64,000 bases of DNA from an uncultured Desulfosarcina sp. (GTDB lineage: Bacteria; Desulfobacterota; Desulfobacteria; Desulfobacterales; Desulfosarcinaceae). The notes beneath the pieces were generated by a model, which was not told the origin of the DNA, did no database searches, and saw only the letters and a program-made list of their open reading frames with translations. Position numbers and translations under genes: made by a program. This document shows positions 49,766 to 59,568 of this stretch, piece after piece. The first letter of the stretch is position 1. Each line of letters starts with the position of its first letter. The DNA lies in the NCBI GenBank assembly GCA_963674945.2, contig CAXXWQ010000002.1:630308-694307 (forward strand), given 5' to 3'.

Positions 49766-51084
49766 CAAAAGATACTTTTCCCGGCCCGCTTTTCACCGAC
49801 CTGTACGAGCTGACCATGGCCGCCGGATACTTTTCCCGGCAGATGAATGCGCCAGCGTCCTTCTCCCTCTTCGTGCGGCCCCATGATAAACGGAACTACT
49901 TCGTCGCCGCCGGTCTCCAGACCGTGGTGGATGCACTCGTGCAATTCCGATTTCGTGACGAGGAGATCCGCTGGCTGTCGGACACCGGTCGGTTCAAACC
50001 GGAATTTATCGAATATCTGAAAAACTTGCGGTTCACCGGAGACATGGTGGCCATGGCCGAAGGGGAGATCTTCTTCGAAAATGAACCTCTGCTGGAGGTA
50101 ACGGCACCGTTGATCGAGGCCCAAATCCTCGAAACCTATCTGATCAACACCATGGGCATCGCAAGCCTGCTGGCCACCAAGGCGGCCCGTTGTACGCATG
50201 CCGCCGCCGGCCGGCCGGTCGTCGATTTTTCACTCCGCCGCACCCAGGGCTGTGACGCCGGGATGACGGTGGCCCGGTCCGCCTACATCGCCGGGTTCTC
50301 GGCCTCCAGCAACGTGCTTGCCGGCAAAAAATGGGGCATTCCCATCTCCGGTACCATGGCCCACTCCTTCGTGACGGCCTTTCCGTCGGAGATCGAGGCC
50401 TTTTCCGCCTACGGCGACCTTTTTCCCGACGATGCCATTTTTCTCATCGATACCTACGATACCCTTTCGGGGGCCAATAACGCCGCTGTCGTGGGCAGAC
50501 GCATGAAACAGGCCGGACACCAATTGCGCGGTGTCCGGCTGGACAGCGGCGAAATGGTCTCCTTGAGCCGGGCGGTCCGCCGTATCCTCGACGATGCGGG
50601 ACTTCCGGAGGTCAAGATTTTCGCCAGCAGCGGCTTCGACGAATATGAGCTGACACGGTTGATCAAAGAGGGTGCCCGCATCGACGCTTTCGGCGTCGGG
50701 ACCCGTATGGGTACCTCTGCCGATGCCCCATACATGGATATGGTTTACAAAATGGTTCGTATCGGGGGACGAAACGTTCGCAAAGAGAGTGAGGGAAAGG
50801 TCACCCTGGCCGGCGAAAAGCAGGTGTTTCGCAAATGTGCGCCCGACCGGACGTTTGAAAGGGACATGATCGGCCTGCGGGAAGAATCACCGGAAGGATA
50901 CAACCCATTGCTGACGTCCGTGATCAAGGACGGCCGACCGGTTACCCCCCTTCCCACATTATTGCAGATCCGGGAACGCTTCGCCGATAATTTTGCGCGA
51001 TTGGACGAGCGGTATAAGCGGTTGGAGGGTCCGGATGTGTATCCGGTGTCGGTCAGCAAGGGGTTGATGGCGTTGCAGAGATAG
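49762..51084 (+). CDS. pncB: Nicotinate phosphoribosyltransferase
   Basis: LFTDLYELTM, DFSLRR, GTMAHS, LIDTYD, VRLDSG, FGVGT. Confidence 0.95.
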   Translation: MTKDTFPGPLFTDLYELTMAAGYFSRQMNAPASFSLFVRPHDKRNYFVAAGLQTVVDALVQFRFRDEEIRWLSDTGRFKPEFIEYLKNLRFTGDMVAMAEGEIFFENEPLLEVTAPLIEAQILETYLINTMGIASLLATKAARCTHAAAGRPVVDFSLRRTQGCDAGMTVARSAYIAGFSASSNVLAGKKWGIPISGTMAHSFVTAFPSEIEAFSAYGDLFPDDAIFLIDTYDTLSGANNAAVVGRRMKQAGHQLRGVRLDSGEMVSLSRAVRRILDDAGLPEVKIFASSGFDEYELTRLIKEGARIDAFGVGTRMGTSADAPYMDMVYKMVRIGGRNVRKESEGKVTLAGEKQVFRKCAPDRTFERDMIGLREESPEGYNPLLTSVIKDGRPVTPLPTLLQIRERFADNFARLDERYKRLEGPDVYPVSVSKGLMALQR

Positions 51085-51095
51085 GGGCAGGATTC

Positions 51096-51236
51096 GGGGA
51101 CTAAATAGTGTTACGTTTTAAGTGGTTAAGTGTTAAGTTAATGTATTCTGTCGATTATAAAAATGACCCCTATCCTTTCCTTAACACTTAAAACTTAATC
51201 ACTTAACACTTGTCACCCAAAACGTTGTTAGTCCCC
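51096..51236. repeat. Palindromic element with (TTAAGTG)/(CACTTAA) arms (family E)
   Basis: GGGGACTAA..ACGTTTTAAGTGGTTAAGTGTTAAG ... CTTAACACTTAAAACTTAATCACTTAACACTT..AAAACGT..TTAGTCCCC. Confidence 0.75.
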
Positions 51237-51270
51237 ATACGCTTTCGATATATCCCCCCTTAAACCCTTC

Positions 51271-52122
51271 CTAAAAAAGAATCCCCACATACCCCACAAA
51301 ACTATCCCCCGGATGCTTGTCATAACTCGTGGCGTACGCCAGCTTTCCGGCTCTTTTTGCCCCCATTGCCTTGCCGGCCGCGATGGCCGCCGCCGCAGCA
51401 CCCCCGCAGCAGGCGTTGTCATGGGCCTGGCTTTCGTCGAGTACGGCCATGGGGTCCATCCGGATCATGGCGTCGATGACCCGTTTGTCGTTCTGGTCCC
51501 GCACCCAATCCACGGCTGCCTTTCCGTATCCTTTGGCGGTGAATCCATAGTTCGGACCATAGTGGGTCAGGTCCGTGGAACCGATCACGACGATATCGCG
51601 GTCCAGATGGTTTGCGATCTCGACCGTCGATTGGGCAAGGTCAATGGTCTCGGCAACGGGTGGAACGCCCATGGCCACGACCCGGGATTCGGGGAAAAAG
51701 AAGCGGATGAACGGCATCTGGAGTTCGATGGTGTTGTCCTGTTGAAAACGGGTGGGTGTCTCGCGTTGGAAGGTGTATTGCCGGATCAATTCCTGGGCGA
51801 ATTCGGTGTCCACGGCCATGGGGCCGAAGGGCGTCTCCCACGAACCTTCGGGCATCATATATCGCGGCGATCGGCCGTGAAGGTGCATGCCAAAAACCAC
51901 CACCGTATCTGTCGAACCAGATTGGGCCAGGCGGTGGATGACGTTGCAGGCGATGGCGCCGGAAAAATGCCACCCCGCATGGGGAACGACGCCGCCGACC
52001 GGCTGGGCGATGTCGACCGTGTGGGCCTTGCCTTCGGCGAGATATTGGCGGATCTGTCGTTCGCAGGTTTTTTTATCGGATGGGTACCAGCTTCCCGAAA
52101 AAGCGGATTTTCTCAGATTCAT
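51271..52122 (-). CDS. amrB: AmmeMemoRadiSam system protein B (MEMO1 family)
   Basis: GSWYP, VPHAGW, WETPFG, ELQMPF, STDLTHYG, CG, VGY. Confidence 0.85.
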   Translation of the reverse strand: MNLRKSAFSGSWYPSDKKTCERQIRQYLAEGKAHTVDIAQPVGGVVPHAGWHFSGAIACNVIHRLAQSGSTDTVVVFGMHLHGRSPRYMMPEGSWETPFGPMAVDTEFAQELIRQYTFQRETPTRFQQDNTIELQMPFIRFFFPESRVVAMGVPPVAETIDLAQSTVEIANHLDRDIVVIGSTDLTHYGPNYGFTAKGYGKAAVDWVRDQNDKRVIDAMIRMDPMAVLDESQAHDNACCGGAAAAAIAAGKAMGAKRAGKLAYATSYDKHPGDSFVGYVGILF

Positions 52123-52253
52123 TGCCTTTTCCTTTCAGTCCGTCACGGAAAAACAATCGGTTCATCACTTTTTTTTCCTAGGATCATGATTACCTTGTAT
52201 AACGGTTTCGATCGGTTGGCTATTTTTTCGATTACTTGTGGAGGAACTATACC

Positions 52254-53078
52254 ATGTGGGATTATACAGAAAAAGTAAAAGATCATTTCCTTAATCCACG
52301 AAACGTTGGATTTATCGATGATTTTGACGGAATCGGAGAGGTGGGCTCGCTGGCCTGCGGCGATGCCCTCAAGCTCACCTTCAAGCTGGGTGACGATGAG
52401 CGGATTGCCGATGCCAAGTTTCAGACCTTCGGCTGTGCCAGTGCCATCGCGTCTTCTTCGGCCCTGACGGAAATGGTCAAGGGCATGACCCTGGACGAGG
52501 CGGCCAAGGTCACCAACGAGGATATCGCCGATTATCTGGGCGGGCTTCCAAAAGAGAAGATGCACTGTTCGGTAATGGGTCGCGATGCCATGGAAAGGGC
52601 CATTGCCTATTACCGTGGAGAAGCCGAAAAGAAGATCGAAGGGGAGATCGTGTGCGAATGCTTCGGCGTAACCGACGTGCAGATTCAGCGGGCAGTGGAG
52701 GAAAACGGACTGACGAGCATAGAAGAGGTCACCGATTACGTGAAAGCAGGCGGTGGTTGCGGTAACTGCCACGACCGGATTCAGGAAATCATCGATTCCG
52801 TCCTCGGCAACGCGCCCCGGGCCGCCAGAAAACCCGAGACCCTGACCAATATCCAGAAAATCAAGATGATCGACGCAGCGCTGGACCGCGAAATCAAACC
52901 GGCCTTGAACCAGGACGGCGGGGACATCGAACTTATCGATGTGGATGGCAACAGGGTCCTGGTCAAGCTGCGGGGTACCTGCGCCTCCTGCGCAAAATCC
53001 CAGATTACCCTGAAACATTACGTGGAAACCAAACTCAAGGATCTGGTTTCCCAGGATCTTGTCGTCGAGGAGGTGTAG
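52254..53078 (+). CDS. nifU: Fe-S cluster scaffold NifU
   Basis: MWDYTEKV, ACGD, FGC, KMHC, CECF..GGCGNC, DGGD..CASC. Confidence 0.95.
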   Translation: MWDYTEKVKDHFLNPRNVGFIDDFDGIGEVGSLACGDALKLTFKLGDDERIADAKFQTFGCASAIASSSALTEMVKGMTLDEAAKVTNEDIADYLGGLPKEKMHCSVMGRDAMERAIAYYRGEAEKKIEGEIVCECFGVTDVQIQRAVEENGLTSIEEVTDYVKAGGGCGNCHDRIQEIIDSVLGNAPRAARKPETLTNIQKIKMIDAALDREIKPALNQDGGDIELIDVDGNRVLVKLRGTCASCAKSQITLKHYVETKLKDLVSQDLVVEEV

Positions 53079-53081
53079 CCG

Positions 53082-54251
53082 ATGAATCCCATTTACATGG
53101 ATAACAACGCCACCACCCGCGTCGCACCGGAGGTGCTGGAGGAGATGCTTCCCTATTTCTCCGAGCTGTACGGCAATCCGTCCAGCATGCACACCTTCGG
53201 CGGCAGTGTCGGCGCCAGGCTCAAGACGGCCCGCCGGCAGGTGGCCACCCTCATCGGGGCGCTGCCGGAGGAGATCATCTTCACCAGTTGCGGTACCGAA
53301 AGCGACAGCACGGCCATCCATGCCGCCATTCGTTCCAATCCGGAAAAAAGGCACATCATCACGACCCGTGTGGAGCACCCGGCGGTGAAAAACCAGATCG
53401 AACACCTGGGCAAGAACGGATACAAGGTCACCTTCGTTCCCGTGGACCGGGAAGGGCGCCTGGACCTTGACTACCTTTACAGAAATCTATCGGACGATAC
53501 GGTCATCGTCAGCGTCATGTGGGCCAACAACGAGACCGGGACCATCTTTCCCGTGGAACGGATCGCACATGAGGTCAAGGCTAGGGGAATCGTCTTTCAC
53601 ACCGATGCGGTGCAGGCCGTGGGAAAGATTCCCATGGACCTTTCCCGGTCGGATATCGACATGCTTTCCATTTCCGGGCACAAATTGCACGCGCCGAAGG
53701 GCATCGGCGTTCTCTACGTGAAAAAAGGCACCAAGTTCGCCCCGTTTCTCATGGGGGGGCATCAGGAGGGAGGGCGTCGCGCCGGAACCGAGAACACCGC
53801 TTCCATTATCGGTATGGGGCATGCCGCCCAACTGGCACTGGCGTGCATGGAAGACGAAAATACACGGGTACGCGCCTTGCGGGACAAACTGGAATCCGAA
53901 TTGCTCAAGCGTATTCCCAACAGTATGATCAACGGTGATTTGGAAAATCGGTTGCCCAATACCGCAAGCATTGCCTTCGAGTACGTGGAGGGAGAGGCAA
54001 TTCTATTGCTAATGGATCAGCACGGCATTTGTGCTTCGTCGGGCTCTGCCTGCACGTCCGGTTCATTGGAACCTTCCCACGTGCTCCGGGCCATGGGCGT
54101 TCCCTTTACCGCCGCCCACGGCTCCATTCGTTTCAGCCTGAGCATTTACAACACCGCCGAGGAGATCGATTTCGTCATCGAAAAGATGCCGCCCATTATC
54201 GAACGGTTGCGACAGATGTCGCCCTTCTGGAAGGAAGGACGGATTGCTTAA
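53082..54251 (+). CDS. nifS: Cysteine desulfurase NifS
   Basis: YMDNNATT, HTDAVQ, SGHKLHAPKG, SSGSACTS. Confidence 0.95.
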   Translation: MNPIYMDNNATTRVAPEVLEEMLPYFSELYGNPSSMHTFGGSVGARLKTARRQVATLIGALPEEIIFTSCGTESDSTAIHAAIRSNPEKRHIITTRVEHPAVKNQIEHLGKNGYKVTFVPVDREGRLDLDYLYRNLSDDTVIVSVMWANNETGTIFPVERIAHEVKARGIVFHTDAVQAVGKIPMDLSRSDIDMLSISGHKLHAPKGIGVLYVKKGTKFAPFLMGGHQEGGRRAGTENTASIIGMGHAAQLALACMEDENTRVRALRDKLESELLKRIPNSMINGDLENRLPNTASIAFEYVEGEAILLLMDQHGICASSGSACTSGSLEPSHVLRAMGVPFTAAHGSIRFSLSIYNTAEEIDFVIEKMPPIIERLRQMSPFWKEGRIA

Positions 54252-54370
54252 TTGGGGCGCGTTGAATAAGGAAAAAACCTTCTCTTAACACTTCAGTCCC
54301 ATAGATTTAATATGCTGTAATTATACTTGTATAATAAAGGTGGTATTCGACCCGATATTATGTGCGTTTG

Positions 54371-55081
54371 TCACAACTTTAAATCGGGATAAAGGGCTTT
54401 CACGCATTTGGCGCAGATCCCGTGGCTGACACGGGGGCCCAGGTTTTGCTGTATATAAAGGGCCGGATGTTGCCAATTTCCCCCATCGTCCCGAATGTGG
54501 TGGCAGTTGCAACACATCGCGATCATATCCATCGGCTTTTTCGCGGCGATTGCCCCCTTCTGCGTATCAGGGTTGGTCTTTGCTTCCGTCATTTCCAACG
54601 AAAATTGAATCTTGAGTCTTCTGCCGTTTTCGGTGACGATCGCACTTTCCGTCATTTCCAGCCAACGATCGATCATGGTGTTGCGATGCCTCCACTTTTT
54701 GGGAGGACCGGGCATTCCGTCGGTGTCAAACAAAGTGTGATTCGGACAAAATGAGCACGGACGGTGTTGCCCCTCTTGAAGAACCCGCCAGCACCTCTTG
54801 TGCTCTATTTCCCCGAATAACGTTTTTATGGATTGATTGGCATACAGGATTTCATGGTTCTCCATATCCAATACGAACATGGCGACAGGGAGACGATCCC
54901 ACAGCGCAAATGGAAGGTGAATTAAATCGCTTTGCAATGGCAAACCACTTTCATGAATCGTCATAGATTGGTTGAATTCGGCAATTGTGTCGGGTTTGGT
55001 GATAGAAAGGGTTGTGTGTGTGTTGAGACACACCCCCATTGTTGATGATTTCCTGTCAACTCCAGCATGAGTAGCGATCAA
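54371..55081 (-). CDS. PAS-like domain protein with a C-terminal Cys/His motif (start uncertain)
   Basis: ILYAN..CWRVL..PCSFCP; MCCNCHHIRD..W..SHGICAKC. Confidence 0.65.
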   Translation of the reverse strand: MIATHAGVDRKSSTMGVCLNTHTTLSITKPDTIAEFNQSMTIHESGLPLQSDLIHLPFALWDRLPVAMFVLDMENHEILYANQSIKTLFGEIEHKRCWRVLQEGQHRPCSFCPNHTLFDTDGMPGPPKKWRHRNTMIDRWLEMTESAIVTENGRRLKIQFSLEMTEAKTNPDTQKGAIAAKKPMDMIAMCCNCHHIRDDGGNWQHPALYIQQNLGPRVSHGICAKCVKALYPDLKL

Positions 55082-55197
55082 GAATCGGTGACTTATACCG
55101 ATTTAAAAAGTTTTTCCCATTTGATCTACCGGCAAAACATTAGGAAAATGAGCTTTTTTTGTAACCCTGTTGGCCATCTTTGGCCTGGAAAAGCGTT

Positions 55198-55854
55198 TTA
55201 CGATGCAGTGTCTTCCGAATCGAACGTCGGCGAAATATATCCGTTGCTGATGGCATACCGGACCATCTCGGCGACATTGGCAAATCCCAGTTTCGCCTTG
55301 ATGTTCGAACGATGCTTATCCACGGTCCAGGGGGAGATGAGCTGCATTTCGCTGATTTGCTTCCTGGATTTTCCCTCGGCGATTAAGGTGAGGATCTGCT
55401 TTTCCCGATCGGTCAAGGTCGTGTGGGGGTCTTTCCCTTTGCTCTGTTCCAATATTTCGGCCAGTTCCGGCGAAAGATAGGTCGAGCCATCGATGACTTG
55501 TTCGACGGCATGGATCAGTTCCTCCGTGGCAGCGGTCTTGGTGACGGCTGCCGAGGCCCCCGCATCGAAGACGCGTTTGAGGTTGATCTCATGAAAAAAA
55601 CCACTGATGACGATGGTTTTGACGCCCAGTCGCAAGGAATTGATCGCACGGATAGCGGCATCGCCTCTCATTCGGGGCATCTCTAAATCGACAATAACGA
55701 CATCGGGTACCATCTCTCTGACCATCTCGAGAAGTGCAACACCGTCTTCCGCCTCTCCCAGTATCTGCCACTGGTCTTTGCTTTTTATTTGCATCTTAAT
55801 CATGTCCCGAACGATCGGATGATCGTCGGCGACGATAATAGTGACGGGTTTCAT
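55198..55854 (-). CDS. NarL/LuxR-family response regulator
   Basis: VADDHP, VDLEMP, LTDREKQIL..TVDKHRSNI. Confidence 0.92.
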   Translation of the reverse strand: MKPVTIIVADDHPIVRDMIKMQIKSKDQWQILGEAEDGVALLEMVREMVPDVVIVDLEMPRMRGDAAIRAINSLRLGVKTIVISGFFHEINLKRVFDAGASAAVTKTAATEELIHAVEQVIDGSTYLSPELAEILEQSKGKDPHTTLTDREKQILTLIAEGKSRKQISEMQLISPWTVDKHRSNIKAKLGFANVAEMVRYAISNGYISPTFDSEDTAS

Positions 55855-55947
55855 GCGTTCCTCAGTTTCGATGAAGTTTTATCTTGTGGACGATTGCGCT
55901 CAGAAATAGGGTGTTGCCAATTGTAAAAATCGCAAAGGATCTTAAAA

Positions 55948-55963
55948 TACAAATTTAGTGCCA
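55948..55963 (-). promoter_or_regulatory. Possible sigma-54 promoter (variant -12) for the LuxR regulator
   Basis: Minus strand TGGCACTAAATTTGTA has GT in place of GC; an enhancer-binding protein gene is divergently adjacent. Confidence 0.35.
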
Positions 55964-56222
55964 AAAATGGCATAACGAATGACTGTAGTTAATTTCTCTA
56001 AAATACAGCTGATATTTCTGGATTGGTGATTTCGGACCCGGAAAGGTGTTGCGAATCTATGCAATATGGCGTATTTTTGTCTTTTCCAGTTGTGAGTTTT
56101 TTACGCACATGGGGCTTGCAGGCGATGGAAGTGACAATAATTTCAAGTCATAAAATCGATTTTATACTTATTTATAATACGTAAAAATTAAGACCCCGAA
56201 GATTCATATATGGCTTTTTACA

Positions 56223-57569
56223 ATGGAAAAACGTAAAATTTTCCTCGTGGATGATAAAAAGGGCTTTTCGGATCTGATCGCTCGTTCAACCCAGGCGAAA
56301 GATTTCGATCTTACGACTTTCCAGAATCCATACGAGGCCATAGAGGCGCTTGACGGTGACGCAGTCGATCTGATCATCTCCGGTATGAATATGCCGTCCA
56401 TGAACGGGCTCGATCTGTTTCATCGGATACGGGACGTCGCCCCTGCCGTTCCGGTGATACTGATTGCGGCCCTCGACATCACCGACCAAAACTTCAAACA
56501 GGGCTGTGCCGATCCTTTTCTTGCGAGGCCTGAAGAGGAGAAGCTGCCGCCATTCTGGAATCTTGTTCACGAAGAGTTGACCAAGCAGGATATAAAACGC
56601 CGACGATCCGCAAGCAAGTCAAGTGATACAGGGGGGGAAGGAAAGATCGGGCAGCACCTGATCGGATGCTCGGATGCCATACAAAAGGTCAGGCAGTCCA
56701 TCGAACTGGTGGCGGATCTTCCTGCCACAGTGCTCATCAGCGGTGAAACCGGGACCGGAAAAGAACTCGTCGCCCAACTCATTCACCTGCACAGTGGGCT
56801 TGCCGAGGATGCGTTTTTTGCGGTCAATTGCGGCGCCTTCTCCTCGGGTGTTCTGGAAAGCGAGTTGTTCGGGCACGAACGGGGCGCATTCACCGGTGCC
56901 ATCGGGCAGCGAACGGGTTTTTTCGAGATGGCGGATCAAGGCAGCCTGTTTCTGGACGAAATCGGTGATGCGCCCAAGGCGTTGCAGACCAAACTGCTGC
57001 GCGTCATTGAATCCAAGAAGTTTACCCGCGTGGGAAGTTCAAAGGTGATTCAATCCAATTTCCGTCTGATCACGGCAACCAACCAGGATCTGGCCCAGGC
57101 GGTTTCCAGGGGCCGGTTCCGAAGCGATCTATTGTACCGTATCAGGGTGTACGAGATAAACATTCCACCGCTCCGCCGACGAAAGGAGGACATTCCCTTG
57201 CTGTCGGATTTCTTCCTGGCCCGCTTTAATCAGGATTACGGGAGAAGTATCGAAGGCTTTTCAGAAGCGGCCATCATCGCCTTGCGGGAATATGACTGGC
57301 CCGGTAACGTCCGGGAACTGATCAATGTCATCGAACAGGCGGTGATTCTTTGCCGGGATGACCGGATTACCACCGACCATTTGCCCTTTGCCCCCGAAGT
57401 CCGTGAAAAGGCGATCTCCAGCCTCGACCTGACGGAAATGGAACGGTTGTTCATGGCCCTGGCGCTCAAACGGACGGCGGGAAACAAGAGCAAGGCGTGC
57501 CGACTTCTCGGTGTCAGCCGAAAGACCCTCATCGAAAAGGTGAAGAAGTATGGGTTGGAAGGTTCGTGA
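56223..57569 (+). CDS. Sigma-54-dependent NtrC-type activator with a degenerate receiver domain
   Basis: GETGTGKE, GAFTGA, FLDEIG, WPGNVREL, Fis-type HTH. Confidence 0.92.
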   Translation: MEKRKIFLVDDKKGFSDLIARSTQAKDFDLTTFQNPYEAIEALDGDAVDLIISGMNMPSMNGLDLFHRIRDVAPAVPVILIAALDITDQNFKQGCADPFLARPEEEKLPPFWNLVHEELTKQDIKRRRSASKSSDTGGEGKIGQHLIGCSDAIQKVRQSIELVADLPATVLISGETGTGKELVAQLIHLHSGLAEDAFFAVNCGAFSSGVLESELFGHERGAFTGAIGQRTGFFEMADQGSLFLDEIGDAPKALQTKLLRVIESKKFTRVGSSKVIQSNFRLITATNQDLAQAVSRGRFRSDLLYRIRVYEINIPPLRRRKEDIPLLSDFFLARFNQDYGRSIEGFSEAAIIALREYDWPGNVRELINVIEQAVILCRDDRITTDHLPFAPEVREKAISSLDLTEMERLFMALALKRTAGNKSKACRLLGVSRKTLIEKVKKYGLEGS

Positions 57570-57643
57570 TTTTAGTGATGTCTAGAAAACCTAATCCTCT
57601 GGACCAATTCAGCGTTCATCGGTTCTGCCGTATAATTGCTGCA

Positions 57644-57765
57644 AGAATTCAGGAGTCAGAATCCAGAATCAGGTATTCGCCTTCGGCTCGATCCTTAGTA
57701 TCCAATCGATGAAGCGAAGCGACATCAGATTCATTCTGGCTCCTGAATACTAACTTCTGACTCCT
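57644..57765. mobile_element. Heptamer-armed palindromic element (family A), empty copy 3
   Basis: AGAATTCAGGAGTCAGAATCCAGAATC..TTCGCCTTCGGCTCGAT-loop-ATCGATGAAGCGAAGCGAC..CATTCTGGCTCCTGAATACTAACTTCTGACTCCT. Confidence 0.85.
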
Positions 57766-57841
57766 ATGGCTTTCTGTGATCGCAGTGTATCTCCCTTTTC
57801 AGGAATAGCCCAAAGTTGTTTCCGCTGGACCCGGATTTTGC

Positions 57842-58624
57842 TCAACCAATCTTACCCTTCACCTGCTCCACCAGCCAACCGATCCATTGATCGAACCCCT
57901 CTTCGGTCTTCGCCGAGATTTCGAAGACGGGCATGCCGGGATGGATCCTGGCGATGGTCGACCGGGCCAGATCCATGTCGAAATCCAGATAGGGCAACAG
58001 GTCGATCTTATTGAGCAGCGTCGCGTTGCATTCGCGAAACATCAGCGGGTACTTGGCCGGTTTGTCCTCCCCCTCGGTGACCGATAGCACCACAACCCGC
58101 TTGTCCTCTCCGATGTCGAATTCTGCAGGACAGACCAGGTTGCCGATGTTTTCCACGATGAGCAGATCGATTTCGGTAAGATCCAGGCCGGCCACCGCCT
58201 TTTCCACCACATGGGCGGCAAGGTGGCAGTCGCCGCCGAATTCATCGGTGTTGATCTGGATGACCGGCGTTCCGGATTGGGCCAGCCGGTCGGCGTCGTG
58301 GGTGGTACAGATGTCGCCCACGATGACGGCGCAGCGAAGAGACGGCATGATCCGGGCCAGGGACTTTTGCAGCGTGGTGGTCTTACCCGATCCCGGACTG
58401 CTCATCATGTTGAGAACGAAAACCTTCTCTTGGGCGAAGGTGGTGCGGAGCCGGTCGGCCATGATGTCGTTGGCATCCAGCACGCGCCGAACCACCTTGA
58501 TTTCCCTTGTTCCGGATTTCCTGGTCTCGACGATGTTGGTGTTCTGATGGCCGTGATCGTGGGGGCCATGGTGGCTATGATCGTGATGATAGCGTCGTTG
58601 TGTGCGATTTACGAAAAACCACAT
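57842..58624 (-). CDS. hypB: Hydrogenase nickel incorporation GTPase HypB
   Basis: His-rich N-terminus, SSPGSGKT, CHL, ENIGNLVCPA, EGEDKPAKYP, NKID. Confidence 0.95.
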   Translation of the reverse strand: MWFFVNRTQRRYHHDHSHHGPHDHGHQNTNIVETRKSGTREIKVVRRVLDANDIMADRLRTTFAQEKVFVLNMMSSPGSGKTTTLQKSLARIMPSLRCAVIVGDICTTHDADRLAQSGTPVIQINTDEFGGDCHLAAHVVEKAVAGLDLTEIDLLIVENIGNLVCPAEFDIGEDKRVVVLSVTEGEDKPAKYPLMFRECNATLLNKIDLLPYLDFDMDLARSTIARIHPGMPVFEISAKTEEGFDQWIGWLVEQVKGKIG

Positions 58625-58664
58625 AATTAATACCTCAAATGGCGTATGAATTTTCTCTATTCCA

Positions 58665-58789
58665 GACGGATGCGTAAAAATTCAGAGATCAAGGATTGCG
58701 GATCCATAAGGAATGAGGCGTACACGATCGTACGCTGCAGTGACGATGGATTCGCGTAACGTAGACATCTGGCTTTTTACGCATCCGTC
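58665..58789. mobile_element. MITE-like element, copy 2 (opposite orientation to 42225-42348)
   Basis: TIR GACGGATGCGTAAAAA/TTTTTACGCATCCGTC; the interior aligns to the reverse complement of copy 1. Confidence 0.82.
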
Positions 58790-59135
58790 AATCCTCGATT
58801 TCGATGGAGGTTATATCCAGTTCCCGGCCGGAAAGGATTTCAATGGCCCCGCTGTTACAACGGGTACAGGTGAACACCGCCCGGGTAACCGTCCACTCGA
58901 ATTGGCAATCTTTGCACCGGGCCGTAACGGGCATCTCCTCGATGAAAAGTTCGGCACCTTCCAGGGGTGTGTCCTTGACCACCAGATCGAAACAAAAACG
59001 CAGACTATCGGAGACGATGGCCGATAGCTTTCCCACCCGAAGGTTGACCCGCTGGACCCTGGCGTCCTGCATCTCTTTTGGAATGGAGGCCTTGGCGATC
59101 TCCACGATCTCCATGGCGATGCCCATTTCGTGCAT
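58788..59135 (-). CDS. hypA: Hydrogenase maturation nickel metallochaperone HypA
   Basis: MHEMGIA, CKDC, CTRC, GREL. Confidence 0.95.
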   Translation of the reverse strand: MHEMGIAMEIVEIAKASIPKEMQDARVQRVNLRVGKLSAIVSDSLRFCFDLVVKDTPLEGAELFIEEMPVTARCKDCQFEWTVTRAVFTCTRCNSGAIEILSGRELDITSIEIED

Positions 59136-59568
59136 GGGTGTAACTTTCCTTTGTTTTACGATGCAGTGATTGAACCCTCGAATAGGTACCACTTCGGCTG
59201 AATCAAAACAATAGCCGACTTCACCTCGTTTAATTGGTACCTATATTCACTAATGGGCTCAATTACCAATACCGAATGTCGAGAATCGTTAGGTACCAAT
59301 CTTGACGATACCTCGTACATCCTAAAAAATGATCGAAAAAGGAGGCAATTAAAAAAAATTAGGAAAAGGCTTATGGCTCCGCTATGAATTGCCTTGATGT
59401 CTATTTGGAATTCTATTCGTATTTTTTACAAATAGAATTATGTATTTAATACAGATCGTTATAGTGCTTAGAGATTCTATTCGTAATTTCCAAATAGAAT
59501 TACGAATAGAATTTTCATCACCATGGACAACCTTGATATTTTGCTGAAAGGTACCCAACCGATTGTAG

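Noticed and set aside
52254..54251. nifU/nifS as evidence of a nitrogen-fixation cluster
   Set aside because: No other nif genes are present; NIF-type Fe-S assembly is a general housekeeping system in many anaerobes.
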